In this document: positions 19,747 through 28,521 of the stretch, piece after piece | How the letters are laid out: every line of letters begins with the position of its first letter | Numbering within the stretch: the first letter of the stretch is position 1 | Assembly: GCA_964570175.1 (NCBI GenBank) | Contig: CAZMXG010000008.1 | Span: forward strand, 2,114 to 66,113 | Direction of reading: 5' to 3' | Origin: an uncultured Heliomicrobium sp. | GTDB lineage: Bacteria > Acidobacteriota > Blastocatellia > RBC074 | DNA: 64,000 bases | Position numbers and translations under genes: made by a program | Notes under the pieces: model-generated | The model's input: the letters and a program-made list of their open reading frames with translations, nothing else | Told to the model about the DNA's origin: nothing | Database searches by the model: none

Positions 19747-20223
19747 ATGGAAACGTCGCAATACTTTCTGGATCAGGCGCGCTGGTATTTCACGTCGTAC
19801 TATTTGCCGAGGATTGAGCATTGTCTGGCTCAATTGACCGACGAAGATATTTGGCGACGAGCCAATGACGCTTCGAACAGCATCGGCAATTTAGTTCTGC
19901 ATCTTTCGGGCAACGTGCAGCAATGGATCATTGGCGGCGTAGGCGATCTGCCGTATCACCGCGACCGCGAGCATGAATTCGGCGAACGCGGCGGAATTAC
20001 TCGTGAACAGTTGCTGGTTCGATTGAAAGAAACGTTGGCAAAAGCCGATCAGGTGCTAGCGGAAGTTGATCCGGCAAGCTTGCTTCAGCGTAAAGAGATT
20101 CAAGGGAACGATGTGACGGTGATGCAGGCAATTTTGCGCATCGTGCAGCATTTCGGTTTGCACACCGGGCAAATCATGTTGCTGACCAAACAGTATACGG
20201 GCGAAGATTTGAAGTTGTCTTAA
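19747..20223 (+). CDS. DinB-family (DUF1572-like) four-helix metalloprotein
   Basis: 158 aa. Contains NSIGNLVLHLSGNVQQWI, and later IVQHFGLHTGQIMLL; the His triad spacing is typical of the DinB fold. Confidence 0.75.
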   Translation: METSQYFLDQARWYFTSYYLPRIEHCLAQLTDEDIWRRANDASNSIGNLVLHLSGNVQQWIIGGVGDLPYHRDREHEFGERGGITREQLLVRLKETLAKADQVLAEVDPASLLQRKEIQGNDVTVMQAILRIVQHFGLHTGQIMLLTKQYTGEDLKLS

Positions 20224-20259
20224 TTGAGGAACCGCGCAGGAGCGGGAGGGAGAAGATCA

Positions 20260-21015
20260 GTGCTAGAGATTCGTAACCTACACGCCACGATTGATGGCAA
20301 AGAGATTTTGAAAGGCTTGAATCTGACGGTCAAAGCCGGCGAGATTCACGCGATTATGGGACCGAATGGCTCCGGCAAGAGTACGCTGGCGAAAGTGCTG
20401 GCTGGGCATCCCAGCTATGAAGTAACCGTCGGCGAAGTTCTATACGACGGCAAAAACCTGCTGGAACTGGCGCCGGACGAACGGGCACGCGAAGGCGTCT
20501 TTCTGGCGTTTCAATATCCGATTGAAATTCCAGGTGTCAGCAACGCCAACTTTCTGCGCATGGCCTACAACGAGAAAGCCAAGCACGATGGCCGCGACGA
20601 GCTTGATCCCCTGGAATTCGACGACCTGATTCAGGAAAAAATCAAAATCGTTGAAATGGACAAAAGCTTCATCAATCGTTCGGTCAACGAAGGTTTTTCC
20701 GGCGGCGAAAAGAAGCGCAACGAAATCCTGCAAATGGCTGTGCTGGAACCGAAGCTGGCGGTATTGGACGAAACTGATTCCGGTCTGGACATTGACGCGC
20801 TGCGGATCGTTGCGGGTGGCGTCAACAAATTGGCCAACAAAGACAACGCCATCATTCTGGTGACGCATTACCAGCGGTTGCTGGATTACATCGAACCGGA
20901 TGTTGTTCACGTGTTGTATCGTGGCCAGATCGTCAAATCTGGCGGCAAAGACTTGGCGTTGGAGTTGGAAAAGAAAGGCTACGACTGGATCAAGACTGCA
21001 AGTGCAGCGGCGTAA
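20260..21015 (+). CDS. sufC: Fe-S cluster assembly ATPase SufC
   Basis: The GTG at 20260, preceded by GGGAGGG, gives (M)LEIRNLHA. Walker A is GPNGSGKST, the signature is [10 protein letters not shown], and Walker B is [12 protein letters not shown]. The track start (TTG at 20224) is probably too long. Confidence 0.95.
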   Translation: MLEIRNLHATIDGKEILKGLNLTVKAGEIHAIMGPNGSGKSTLAKVLAGHPSYEVTVGEVLYDGKNLLELAPDERAREGVFLAFQYPIEIPGVSNANFLRMAYNEKAKHDGRDELDPLEFDDLIQEKIKIVEMDKSFINRSVNEGFSGGEKKRNEILQMAVLEPKLAVLDETDSGLDIDALRIVAGGVNKLANKDNAIILVTHYQRLLDYIEPDVVHVLYRGQIVKSGGKDLALELEKKGYDWIKTASAAA

Positions 21016-21023
21016 AAAAGCTT

Positions 21024-21338
21024 ATGTTCGTTATTGTTTGGCAATTTGATGTGCAACTAAACCACGTCACGGAGTTTGAAGAGCAATATAGCTCCACGGG
21101 TGCTTGGGCCAAGTTGTTTTCAAAAAGCAACCAATTCCTGAGAACGCGACTGTTGAAGGAAGCGGGAATGTCGCGCCGATATGTCACCTTTGATCTGTGG
21201 AAATCGGAAGACGCGTTTCAGGAATTCGCGGCTGAATTTGCCCAGGAATACAAGGATTTGAACGCGAAAACTGCGCGATTGACAATTTCGGAAACGCGGC
21301 TGGGTTCGTTCACAACGGATGCCGCAAACATTTTTTGA
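21024..21338 (+). CDS. Small ABM/dimeric alpha-beta-barrel-like protein
   Basis: 104 aa. It begins MFVIVWQFDV...FEEQY...YVTFDLWKSEDAFQEF, an ABM-like pattern. This is a weak, pattern-based call. Confidence 0.45.
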   Translation: MFVIVWQFDVQLNHVTEFEEQYSSTGAWAKLFSKSNQFLRTRLLKEAGMSRRYVTFDLWKSEDAFQEFAAEFAQEYKDLNAKTARLTISETRLGSFTTDAANIF

Positions 21339-21344
21339 ATTGAT

Positions 21345-22679
21345 ATGCCTCAAGTAGCAAAAGAAAAAGAGAATTATTTTTCAGCGTACAAGCTGTTTGC
21401 CAAAACACGTGAAGCCAAAGACTCGGCCTGGTTGCTGAACCTGCGCCAGCGCGCGGGCGAAAGTTTTGAGGAACTCGACTTTCCGACGACGCGCAACGAA
21501 GCGTGGAAATACACCAACGTTGCGCCGGTGTTGAAAACTCCGTTTCGGCAATTGCTGGATTTGGAACTGGATGGATTGACGGTTGAAACAATCGCGCCAT
21601 TCACGTTTGCCGAATCGCACCGCAGCCAGTTGGTTTTCGTCAACGGATTATTTGCCAGTGAACTGTCAAACCTGACTGGATTGCCATCAGGAATCACGGT
21701 CAGCAATTTGGCCGATGTTCCGGCGGAGCTTGGCAAAGTCGTCAGCGATCATCTGGGCGTGTACGCCGATTACCGCGATCAGGCGTTCACTGCGCTGAAC
21801 ACGGCGAATGTTGGTGACGGAGCCTTCGTTCACATCCCGAAAGGCAAAGCGGTCGAAACGCCGATTCATGTGTTGTTCATTTCAACTTCGGCGGAAGCGA
21901 CAGTTTCGCATCCGCGCGTGCTGATCGTTGCCGAAGAGGCTTCGATTGCGACTGTGATTGAAAGTTACGTTTCGCCAGGCGAAGGCGTCTATTTCACCAA
22001 TGCCGTCACAGAAGTTTTTGCCGCCAAAAGCGCTGTGCTGGATCATTACCGGTTGCAGGAAGAAAGCGAAAGTGCGTTTCACATCGGCACGACCGAAGTT
22101 CATCAGGAACGCGACAGCAATTACACTTCGTACGCAATTTCGCTGGGCGGGGAAATCGCCCGCCACGATTTGAATGTTGCGCTGGTTGACGAAAACATCG
22201 AAACGACGATTGACGGCCTGTACATCGCCACAGGCAAACAGCACGTGGACAATCACACGACGATTGATCATCAGAAACCACACTGCACCAGCCATCAGCT
22301 TTACAAAGGAATTCTGGACGATCGTTCGCGCTCAGTTTTCAATGGCATCGTTTTCGTCCGCGAAGGCGCAGTGCTGACCGATGCGCATCAGTTGAACAAA
22401 AACCTGTTGCTGTCCAGCGAAGCCACCGCGAACACCAAACCGCAACTGGAAATTTTTGCAGATGACGTGAAGTGCGCGCACGGCGCAACCGTCGGCCAAC
22501 TTGAAGACGAAGAATTATTTTATCTGGCGGCACGCGGCATCCCGAAAGATAGCGCGCGCGCGCTGCTAACCTATGGTTTTGCCGAAGACGTGATCAGCAA
22601 GATCAAATTGAAATCCGTCCACGAACGTTTAGACAGAATGGTGCTGGACAAGCTGCACCAAAGTTTGGAGGTTGTTTAG
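21345..22679 (+). CDS. sufD: Fe-S cluster assembly protein SufD
   Basis: 444 aa. Contains RNEAWKYTNV, the HxxHxxS-type region DNHTTIDHQKPHCTSHQLYKGIL, and the C-terminus LTYGFAEDVI. Confidence 0.9.
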   Translation: MPQVAKEKENYFSAYKLFAKTREAKDSAWLLNLRQRAGESFEELDFPTTRNEAWKYTNVAPVLKTPFRQLLDLELDGLTVETIAPFTFAESHRSQLVFVNGLFASELSNLTGLPSGITVSNLADVPAELGKVVSDHLGVYADYRDQAFTALNTANVGDGAFVHIPKGKAVETPIHVLFISTSAEATVSHPRVLIVAEEASIATVIESYVSPGEGVYFTNAVTEVFAAKSAVLDHYRLQEESESAFHIGTTEVHQERDSNYTSYAISLGGEIARHDLNVALVDENIETTIDGLYIATGKQHVDNHTTIDHQKPHCTSHQLYKGILDDRSRSVFNGIVFVREGAVLTDAHQLNKNLLLSSEATANTKPQLEIFADDVKCAHGATVGQLEDEELFYLAARGIPKDSARALLTYGFAEDVISKIKLKSVHERLDRMVLDKLHQSLEVV

Positions 22680-23942
22680 ATGCAAGCCGCGTTGGAGCGC
22701 GAAGCAGCGCACACAAATAACAGCAATTTTGATGTCGAACGGATTCGCCGTGACTTCCCGATTCTGAACGAAACGATTCACGGTCGTCCCTTGGTGTATT
22801 TAGACAGCGCCGCGACTTCGCAAAAACCGCAAGTCGTGCTGGATGCGCTGAATCGTTACTACGCTGAGCAGAACTCCAACGTGCATCGCGGAGTGCATTA
22901 TCTGAGCCAACTCGCAACGCGCGAATACGAAGACGCGCGCGTCAAAATCCAGCATTTCCTGAATGCCGCCGATTCGCACGAAATCATTTACACCAGCGGC
23001 ACAACGGCTGGAATCAATCTGGTGGCGCTCAGTTACGGCCGCAAATTCGTTCACGCCGGAGACGAAATCATCATTTCGGCAATGGAGCATCACTCGAACA
23101 TCGTGCCGTGGCAGATGCTGTGCGAACAAACAGGCGCAAAACTTCGCGTCATTCCAATGAACGATGCGGGTGAATTGCTAATAGATGAATTCGCCGCGAT
23201 GCTGAATTCAAAGGTGAAGATCGTCGCCGTCAACCACATCTCAAATGCGCTGGGAACGATCAATCCTGTCAAACGAATTATCGAACTGGCGCACAGCCGC
23301 GACATTCCTGTGTTGATTGACGGCGCGCAAGCCGCGCCGCATTTGAAAATTGATGTGCGCGACCTGGATTGCGATTTTTACGCATTTTCCGGTCACAAAC
23401 TGTGCGGGCCAACAGGCATTGGCGTGCTTTACGGCAAAAGCCACTGGCTGGAATCCATGCCTCCGGTTTTTGGCGGCGGAGACATGATCGCTTCGGTGAC
23501 GTTTGAAAAAACGACCTACAACTCGCTGCCGTACAAGTTCGAAGCCGGAACGCCGAACATTGCTGACGCCATCGGGTTAGGTGTGGCGATTGAGTATCTG
23601 AATAGTATCGGCCTGGATAAAATCGCGGCTTATGAACACGAACTGCTGGAATACGCGACAGAAACCATCGGCGCGATTCCCGGCGTTTCGCTGATCGGCA
23701 CGGCGCAGGAAAAAGCCAGCGTGTTGTCCTTCACCATCGAAGGCATTCACCCGCATGACATCGGCACGATTCTGGATCAGGAAGGCATCGCCGTTCGCGC
23801 CGGTCATCACTGTGCGCAGCCGGTAATGAAACGCTTCGGCGTTCCGGCCACAGCACGCGCTTCGTTTGCGTTCTACAACACCAAAGCGGAAATTGACGTG
23901 CTGGCCGAAGGCATTCAGAAAACAATTGAAGTATTTTCGTGA
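22680..23942 (+). CDS. sufS: Cysteine desulfurase SufS (class V, group II)
   Basis: 420 aa. Contains YLDSAATSQKP, NVHRGVH, SGHKLCGPTGIG (PLP Lys), and RAGHHCAQP (catalytic Cys loop). Confidence 0.95.
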   Translation: MQAALEREAAHTNNSNFDVERIRRDFPILNETIHGRPLVYLDSAATSQKPQVVLDALNRYYAEQNSNVHRGVHYLSQLATREYEDARVKIQHFLNAADSHEIIYTSGTTAGINLVALSYGRKFVHAGDEIIISAMEHHSNIVPWQMLCEQTGAKLRVIPMNDAGELLIDEFAAMLNSKVKIVAVNHISNALGTINPVKRIIELAHSRDIPVLIDGAQAAPHLKIDVRDLDCDFYAFSGHKLCGPTGIGVLYGKSHWLESMPPVFGGGDMIASVTFEKTTYNSLPYKFEAGTPNIADAIGLGVAIEYLNSIGLDKIAAYEHELLEYATETIGAIPGVSLIGTAQEKASVLSFTIEGIHPHDIGTILDQEGIAVRAGHHCAQPVMKRFGVPATARASFAFYNTKAEIDVLAEGIQKTIEVFS

Positions 23943-24030
23943 GGTGACGGGTTTCAGGTTTGAGGTTTCAGAAACGAACTCTGTCCCAACAACCTGACAC
24001 CTGACACCTGACACCTGACACCTGACACCT
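23943..24030. repeat. Hairpin spacer between sufS and sufU; the right arm is 5.4 tandem copies of the heptamer CCTGACA
   Basis: Left arm ggtgacgggtttcaggtttgaggtttcag (23943-23971). Right arm aaCCTGACACCTGACACCTGACACCTGACACCTGACAcct (23991-30). By my hand alignment, 23 of 29 positions are complementary. It fills the gap exactly from the sufS stop to the sufU ATG. Confidence 0.7.
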
Positions 24031-24501
<471 letters not shown>

Positions 24502-24778
24502 ATCACCTGCTGTCATTTTGGGATTGATCCTTCCACCATTACCGCCATTGCGGCGAAAACCACTGTAAACTTTCATCGTGCCCACCCTGCTAACTGGTTC
24601 CGCTTTTTTTTGTGGGACTGTGGTGCATGGCTTTCAGCGCCGGGTATGTTACGGTCTATTGGTTCTTGCTGGAGCTTCCGGCCATCAGGCGCAGGCCGTT
24701 GTCGGATGACCGGCCCATTTTCTTCAAACGGCGTTAGATTTATACCAACATCGGACTTACTGCTTTCATCACAAATGT

Positions 24779-25675
24779 ATGCTCATTAAAACGGCTCACG
24801 AAACCAGATCGGAACAACAGGAAAACGTTGATTTTTTCTCTGTCGCGGGAATCACTTTCTTTTTTCTGCATCTGGCTTGCTTTTTGGTTCTGTGGTTGAA
24901 GTTTAGCTGGCTGGCGCTGGGCGTCTGCGTAGCTTGTTATCTGGTCAGGATGTTCGGCATCACGGCTGGATTTCATCGCTACCTTTCGCATCGCACTTAC
25001 AAAACAAGCCGCGCCTTTCAATTCATATTGGCCTGGGTTGGCACCGCAGCAGGCCAGCGCGGGCCATTGTGGTGGGTGGCCCACCATCGCAACCATCATC
25101 GCTTCACCGATACAGACCGCGACGTTCATTCGCCGGTAAGTTACAGCTTTTTCCAGTCGCATATTGGCTGGATACTGTGCCACAAGAACGACACCGTAGA
25201 CCTCAGTATGGTCAAAGACCTGAGCCGTTACCCCGAACTTCGCTGGCTGGACCGTTTTTATTATGTGCCGGAGGTGACGCTGGCCGGAGGCTTGACCTTA
25301 GCGGGCTGGCTGCTGGGCCGTTACGCGCCGGAATGGCAGACCTCGGCTTTGCAGATGTTTATTTACGGGTATGTGCTTAGCACCGTGTTGCTGTATCACG
25401 GGACGTTCAGTGTTAATTCGGTGGCGCATCGATTTGGCCGCCGACGCTTTGCCGTTAAAGATGAAAGCCGCAACAACTATTGGGTTGCCCTGATCACACT
25501 CGGCGAAGGCTTTCACAACAATCATCATTATTATCCGGCGTCGGAACGGCAGGGGTTTTATTGGTGGGAGCTTGATGTGGCGCATTACTGTCTGAAGGCG
25601 CTTTCGTGGTGTGGTGTCGTGTGGGATTTGCAAGCTCCGCCTGATCGCGTATTGCTCGTTGGCCGTTCGAGTTGA
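24779..25675 (+). CDS. Membrane acyl-CoA/acyl-lipid (delta-9 type) fatty acid desaturase
   Basis: Three histidine boxes are present: HRYLSH, HHRNHHRF, and HNNHH. There are N-terminal TM segments. Confidence 0.85.
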   Translation: MLIKTAHETRSEQQENVDFFSVAGITFFFLHLACFLVLWLKFSWLALGVCVACYLVRMFGITAGFHRYLSHRTYKTSRAFQFILAWVGTAAGQRGPLWWVAHHRNHHRFTDTDRDVHSPVSYSFFQSHIGWILCHKNDTVDLSMVKDLSRYPELRWLDRFYYVPEVTLAGGLTLAGWLLGRYAPEWQTSALQMFIYGYVLSTVLLYHGTFSVNSVAHRFGRRRFAVKDESRNNYWVALITLGEGFHNNHHYYPASERQGFYWWELDVAHYCLKALSWCGVVWDLQAPPDRVLLVGRSS

Positions 25676-25803
25676 ATGAGCAGATCGTCCATTGTATGAA
25701 GCGCTGATGTGACAAAAAGAGATTGATCTTCAGTCCTGAAGATAGATCGCTTAAAATTTTAAGCAGATTGCTCAAGTTAGCAGACAGCGGCTAGCATTGG
25801 CCT

Positions 25804-26667
25804 ATGCATTGCCCTTCGCTCAAAGAACTTCCGACTGCGCCCGCTGGTTGCACGGGATGGCCGTGGACGGAAGCTCAGCCGAACCCTTCCGTCGCCGACG
25901 CTTCTTTGCTGCCGAAAATCAGCGTCATCACGCCTTCGTTTAATCAAGCCGGATTCCTGGAGCAGACAATTCGCTCCGTCTTGCTGCAAAATTATCCCAA
26001 CCTGGAATACATCATCATGGATGGCGGCAGCATGGATGACAGCGCGGACATCATTCGGCGCTACGAACGCTGGCTGGCGCACTGGGTCAGCGAACCGGAC
26101 AAGGGGCAAAGCCAGGCAATCAATCGCGGTTTGGCAAAAGCCATGGGCGATGTGATGTGCTGGCTGAACAGTGACGATTACTTTTTGCCGCACACACTGA
26201 TGACGGTCGGGAGAATGCTTGCCGATGGTAGCGGCAATTTCGCTCTGGCGGGCCATTGTTTGCGAATCAATGGCGATGGAGTGCCGCCGGTTTTTCTTCG
26301 CGGGCGCTACCGTAACCGGCAGCGGTTGCTGGAGTTTTGGAAGGGCTACGAAATGCATCAGCCGGCGATTTTCTGGCGGCGCGAAGCCTTTGAAAAGGTG
26401 GGTTGGCTGGACGAATCGCTGCACTTGATTATGGATTTTGATTACTGGACGCGCATCGCCCGGCATTACGATTTCGTCAATGTTGATCAAGTGCTGGCTT
26501 GCTGCAATTACCACGAAGCGGCGAAAACCGGCGACGAATACGCCGCCTATTATCGCGATCTGGAAAAGCGCGCTCGAAAATATTGGCCGTCAATCTGGTC
26601 GCCGGAGCGCTGGCAACTGGAGCTTTCGATGTTTCGCAACTTGACGCTTGGAGGGCAGCGGGATTGA
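25804..26667 (+). CDS. Glycosyltransferase family 2 (GT-A)
   Basis: Contains ISVITPSFNQAGFLEQTIRSVLLQNYPNLEYIIMDGGSMDDS...WLNSDDYF. Confidence 0.85.
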   Translation: MHCPSLKELPTAPAGCTGWPWTEAQPNPSVADASLLPKISVITPSFNQAGFLEQTIRSVLLQNYPNLEYIIMDGGSMDDSADIIRRYERWLAHWVSEPDKGQSQAINRGLAKAMGDVMCWLNSDDYFLPHTLMTVGRMLADGSGNFALAGHCLRINGDGVPPVFLRGRYRNRQRLLEFWKGYEMHQPAIFWRREAFEKVGWLDESLHLIMDFDYWTRIARHYDFVNVDQVLACCNYHEAAKTGDEYAAYYRDLEKRARKYWPSIWSPERWQLELSMFRNLTLGGQRD

Positions 26668-27554
26668 TCGGGCAAACCGACAAGGCAAACGTTTCCGTCG
26701 TTGTCCCGGTGTACAACGGCGAAGCGACTATTTCACAAACGGTTGAATGCTTACTTCAACAAAGCTTGGCTCCGCGCGAAATTATCGTTATTGACGATGG
26801 TTCGACTGACCGAACTGCCGACGTGTTAAAGCCCTTTGCCAACCAAATCCTGTACACGTTCAAAGAGAATGGCGGACCAGCTTCGGCGCGAAATCTAGGC
26901 GTGAAGTTGGCGAGTGGCGACTTTGTTGCTTTCACCGACAGCGACTGTTTGCCGGAACGTGACTGGCTGCGAGAGCTTGTTGCCGCATTTGATTCTGATG
27001 AAATTGCCGGAGTCGGTGGCGCGGTAAAAGGCATTGACGATGGACACATTGGCCAGTACGTAGATGCGATGAGATTGATGGAACCGGCTGAAAATCAATT
27101 TGGGGAAATTGAATACTTGATTACAGCTAACGCCTGTTTTCGTCGAGATGCTTTGCTCGCCGTTGGTTTGTTTGACGAACGGTTTCGCAAACCGGGCGGC
27201 GAAGAACCTGCGTTGTGTCGCCAAATCCGGGAGCTTGGGTTTCGCTTTGATTTTGCCGAAGATGCCGTTGTCTTGCATCACCACCGTCAAACGATCAAAA
27301 GCTTTTTACGCACGCTCAGCAATTACGGTGAAGGGCGATTCTTGCTCGGCCAGCTCTGGCCCGAATATCAAATCCAGCGGCCACGACGCGCGTTTTTCAG
27401 GCAGATGATTGCGCTGCGCTCGCTGGTGCAACGATATTCGGGGTACAGCAGAAGCTACGACACAGAGCAGGCATTTCTGTTTTCTTCGCTGGATTATCTG
27501 CGGGAATTGGCGTTTTTGTGGGGATACCTGCGCGGTCAGCGATATGCAGCCTAA
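26664..27554 (+). CDS. Glycosyltransferase family 2
   Basis: Contains VSVVVPVYNGEATI...IIVIDDGSTDRT...ENGGPASARNLG...AFTDSDC. I place the start at TTG 26664 (a TTGA overlap with the upstream stop); this is uncertain. The track start (26499) overlaps the previous gene by 169 nt. Confidence 0.75.
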   Translation: MIGQTDKANVSVVVPVYNGEATISQTVECLLQQSLAPREIIVIDDGSTDRTADVLKPFANQILYTFKENGGPASARNLGVKLASGDFVAFTDSDCLPERDWLRELVAAFDSDEIAGVGGAVKGIDDGHIGQYVDAMRLMEPAENQFGEIEYLITANACFRRDALLAVGLFDERFRKPGGEEPALCRQIRELGFRFDFAEDAVVLHHHRQTIKSFLRTLSNYGEGRFLLGQLWPEYQIQRPRRAFFRQMIALRSLVQRYSGYSRSYDTEQAFLFSSLDYLRELAFLWGYLRGQRYAA

Positions 27555-28521
27555 AGTCAGTGTCATCATTCCGGCTTACAATGTAGCGCCGTTTATCGCC
27601 GCGACCCTTCGCAGTGCGCTGGGGCAGACTTATGGCAATTGCGAAGTGATCGTCGTTGATGATGGCTCTACCGACACAACGTTGGAGGAAATTTTCTTCT
27701 CCACGAAGGCACACGAAGATTCACGAAGAAAACCGGAAACATCTATTGCTGGCTTCGTGTCTTCTTCGTGTGACTTCGTGGAAAAATCAGTTCGAGTTTT
27801 TAGCAAATCCAATGGCGGCCCTGCTTCGGCCAGAAACCTGGCGATCAAGAATTCGCGCGGAAAGTACATTGCCTTTCTGGATGGCGATGATTTGTGGATG
27901 CCCGGCAAGCTGGCTGAACAAGTCGAGTTTTTGGAACGTAACCCGGGAGTCGGAATGGTTTTTGCCGAAGCCGCGACTTTTACTGAGCAAAACGACCAAA
28001 AAGAGTTTCGGGGAAAAATTGGTTACACCGGAGAAACTTCGTTTTGCTATTTGCTGCTGGGCGATCACATTCCGAATTCGACGGTGATGATTCGCCGCGA
28101 ATGCGTAGACAAAATTGGGTTGCTGAATGAAAGCCGCGAACTGATCGCCGTCGAAGATTACGAATACTGGCTGCGACTGGCGCGCGCTTTCCCGATCAAA
28201 GGCATCACCAAGACAATGGCGTATTACCGAGTTCACGCAAACAACTTGATGGGTGAAGGCGAAGACATTGAGCGCGGATTGCGCTTGCCGCTGCTGGCCC
28301 TGAAGGAAGCTGAACGACTTTTTCCTGACTGCTGGCAACAATGCGACGTAGAAAGGGAAGTGCTGCTTGCTCGGTTGCACATTCGCGCCGGCTTTGCGTG
28401 GAAGCAGCGTGGTGAATGGAGAAAATGCCTGAAAAAGTTTCGTCAGGCGTTACAGCTTCGTTTTAACCTCAGAGTCATTCGCTGGATCGTCGCGGCAACT
28501 TTGCTCAAACGTTGGTCATAA
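27544..28521 (+). CDS. Glycosyltransferase family 2 carrying an in-frame 27-codon palindromic insertion
   Basis: MQPKVSVIIPAYNVAPFI...VIVVDDGSTDTT...[insertion]...SNGGPASARNLAI...AFLDGDD. The ATG at 27544 overlaps the upstream gene by 11 nt. Confidence 0.85.
   Translation: MQPKVSVIIPAYNVAPFIAATLRSALGQTYGNCEVIVVDDGSTDTTLEEIFFSTKAHEDSRRKPETSIAGFVSSSCDFVEKSVRVFSKSNGGPASARNLAIKNSRGKYIAFLDGDDLWMPGKLAEQVEFLERNPGVGMVFAEAATFTEQNDQKEFRGKIGYTGETSFCYLLLGDHIPNSTVMIRRECVDKIGLLNESRELIAVEDYEYWLRLARAFPIKGITKTMAYYRVHANNLMGEGEDIERGLRLPLLALKEAERLFPDCWQQCDVEREVLLARLHIRAGFAWKQRGEWRKCLKKFRQALQLRFNLRVIRWIVAATLLKRWS
27701..27781. repeat. 81-bp palindromic CACGAAG/CTTCGTG element, in-frame inside a GT2 gene (copy 1)
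   Basis: ccacgaaggcacacgaagattcacgaag-[24 nt]-cttcgtgtcttcttcgtgtgacttcgtgg. The arms are complementary apart from about 3 mismatches or indels. The length of 81 is 27 codons. It encodes STKAHEDSRRKPETSIAGFVSSSCDFVE. Confidence 0.75.

Noticed and set aside
23993-24030. A tandem heptamer array (CCTGACA x5), considered as a possible CRISPR or VNTR-type array.
   Set aside because: The 7-nt unit has no spacers, so it is not CRISPR. It forms the right arm of a hairpin with the upstream G/T-rich arm. No cas genes are in the window.
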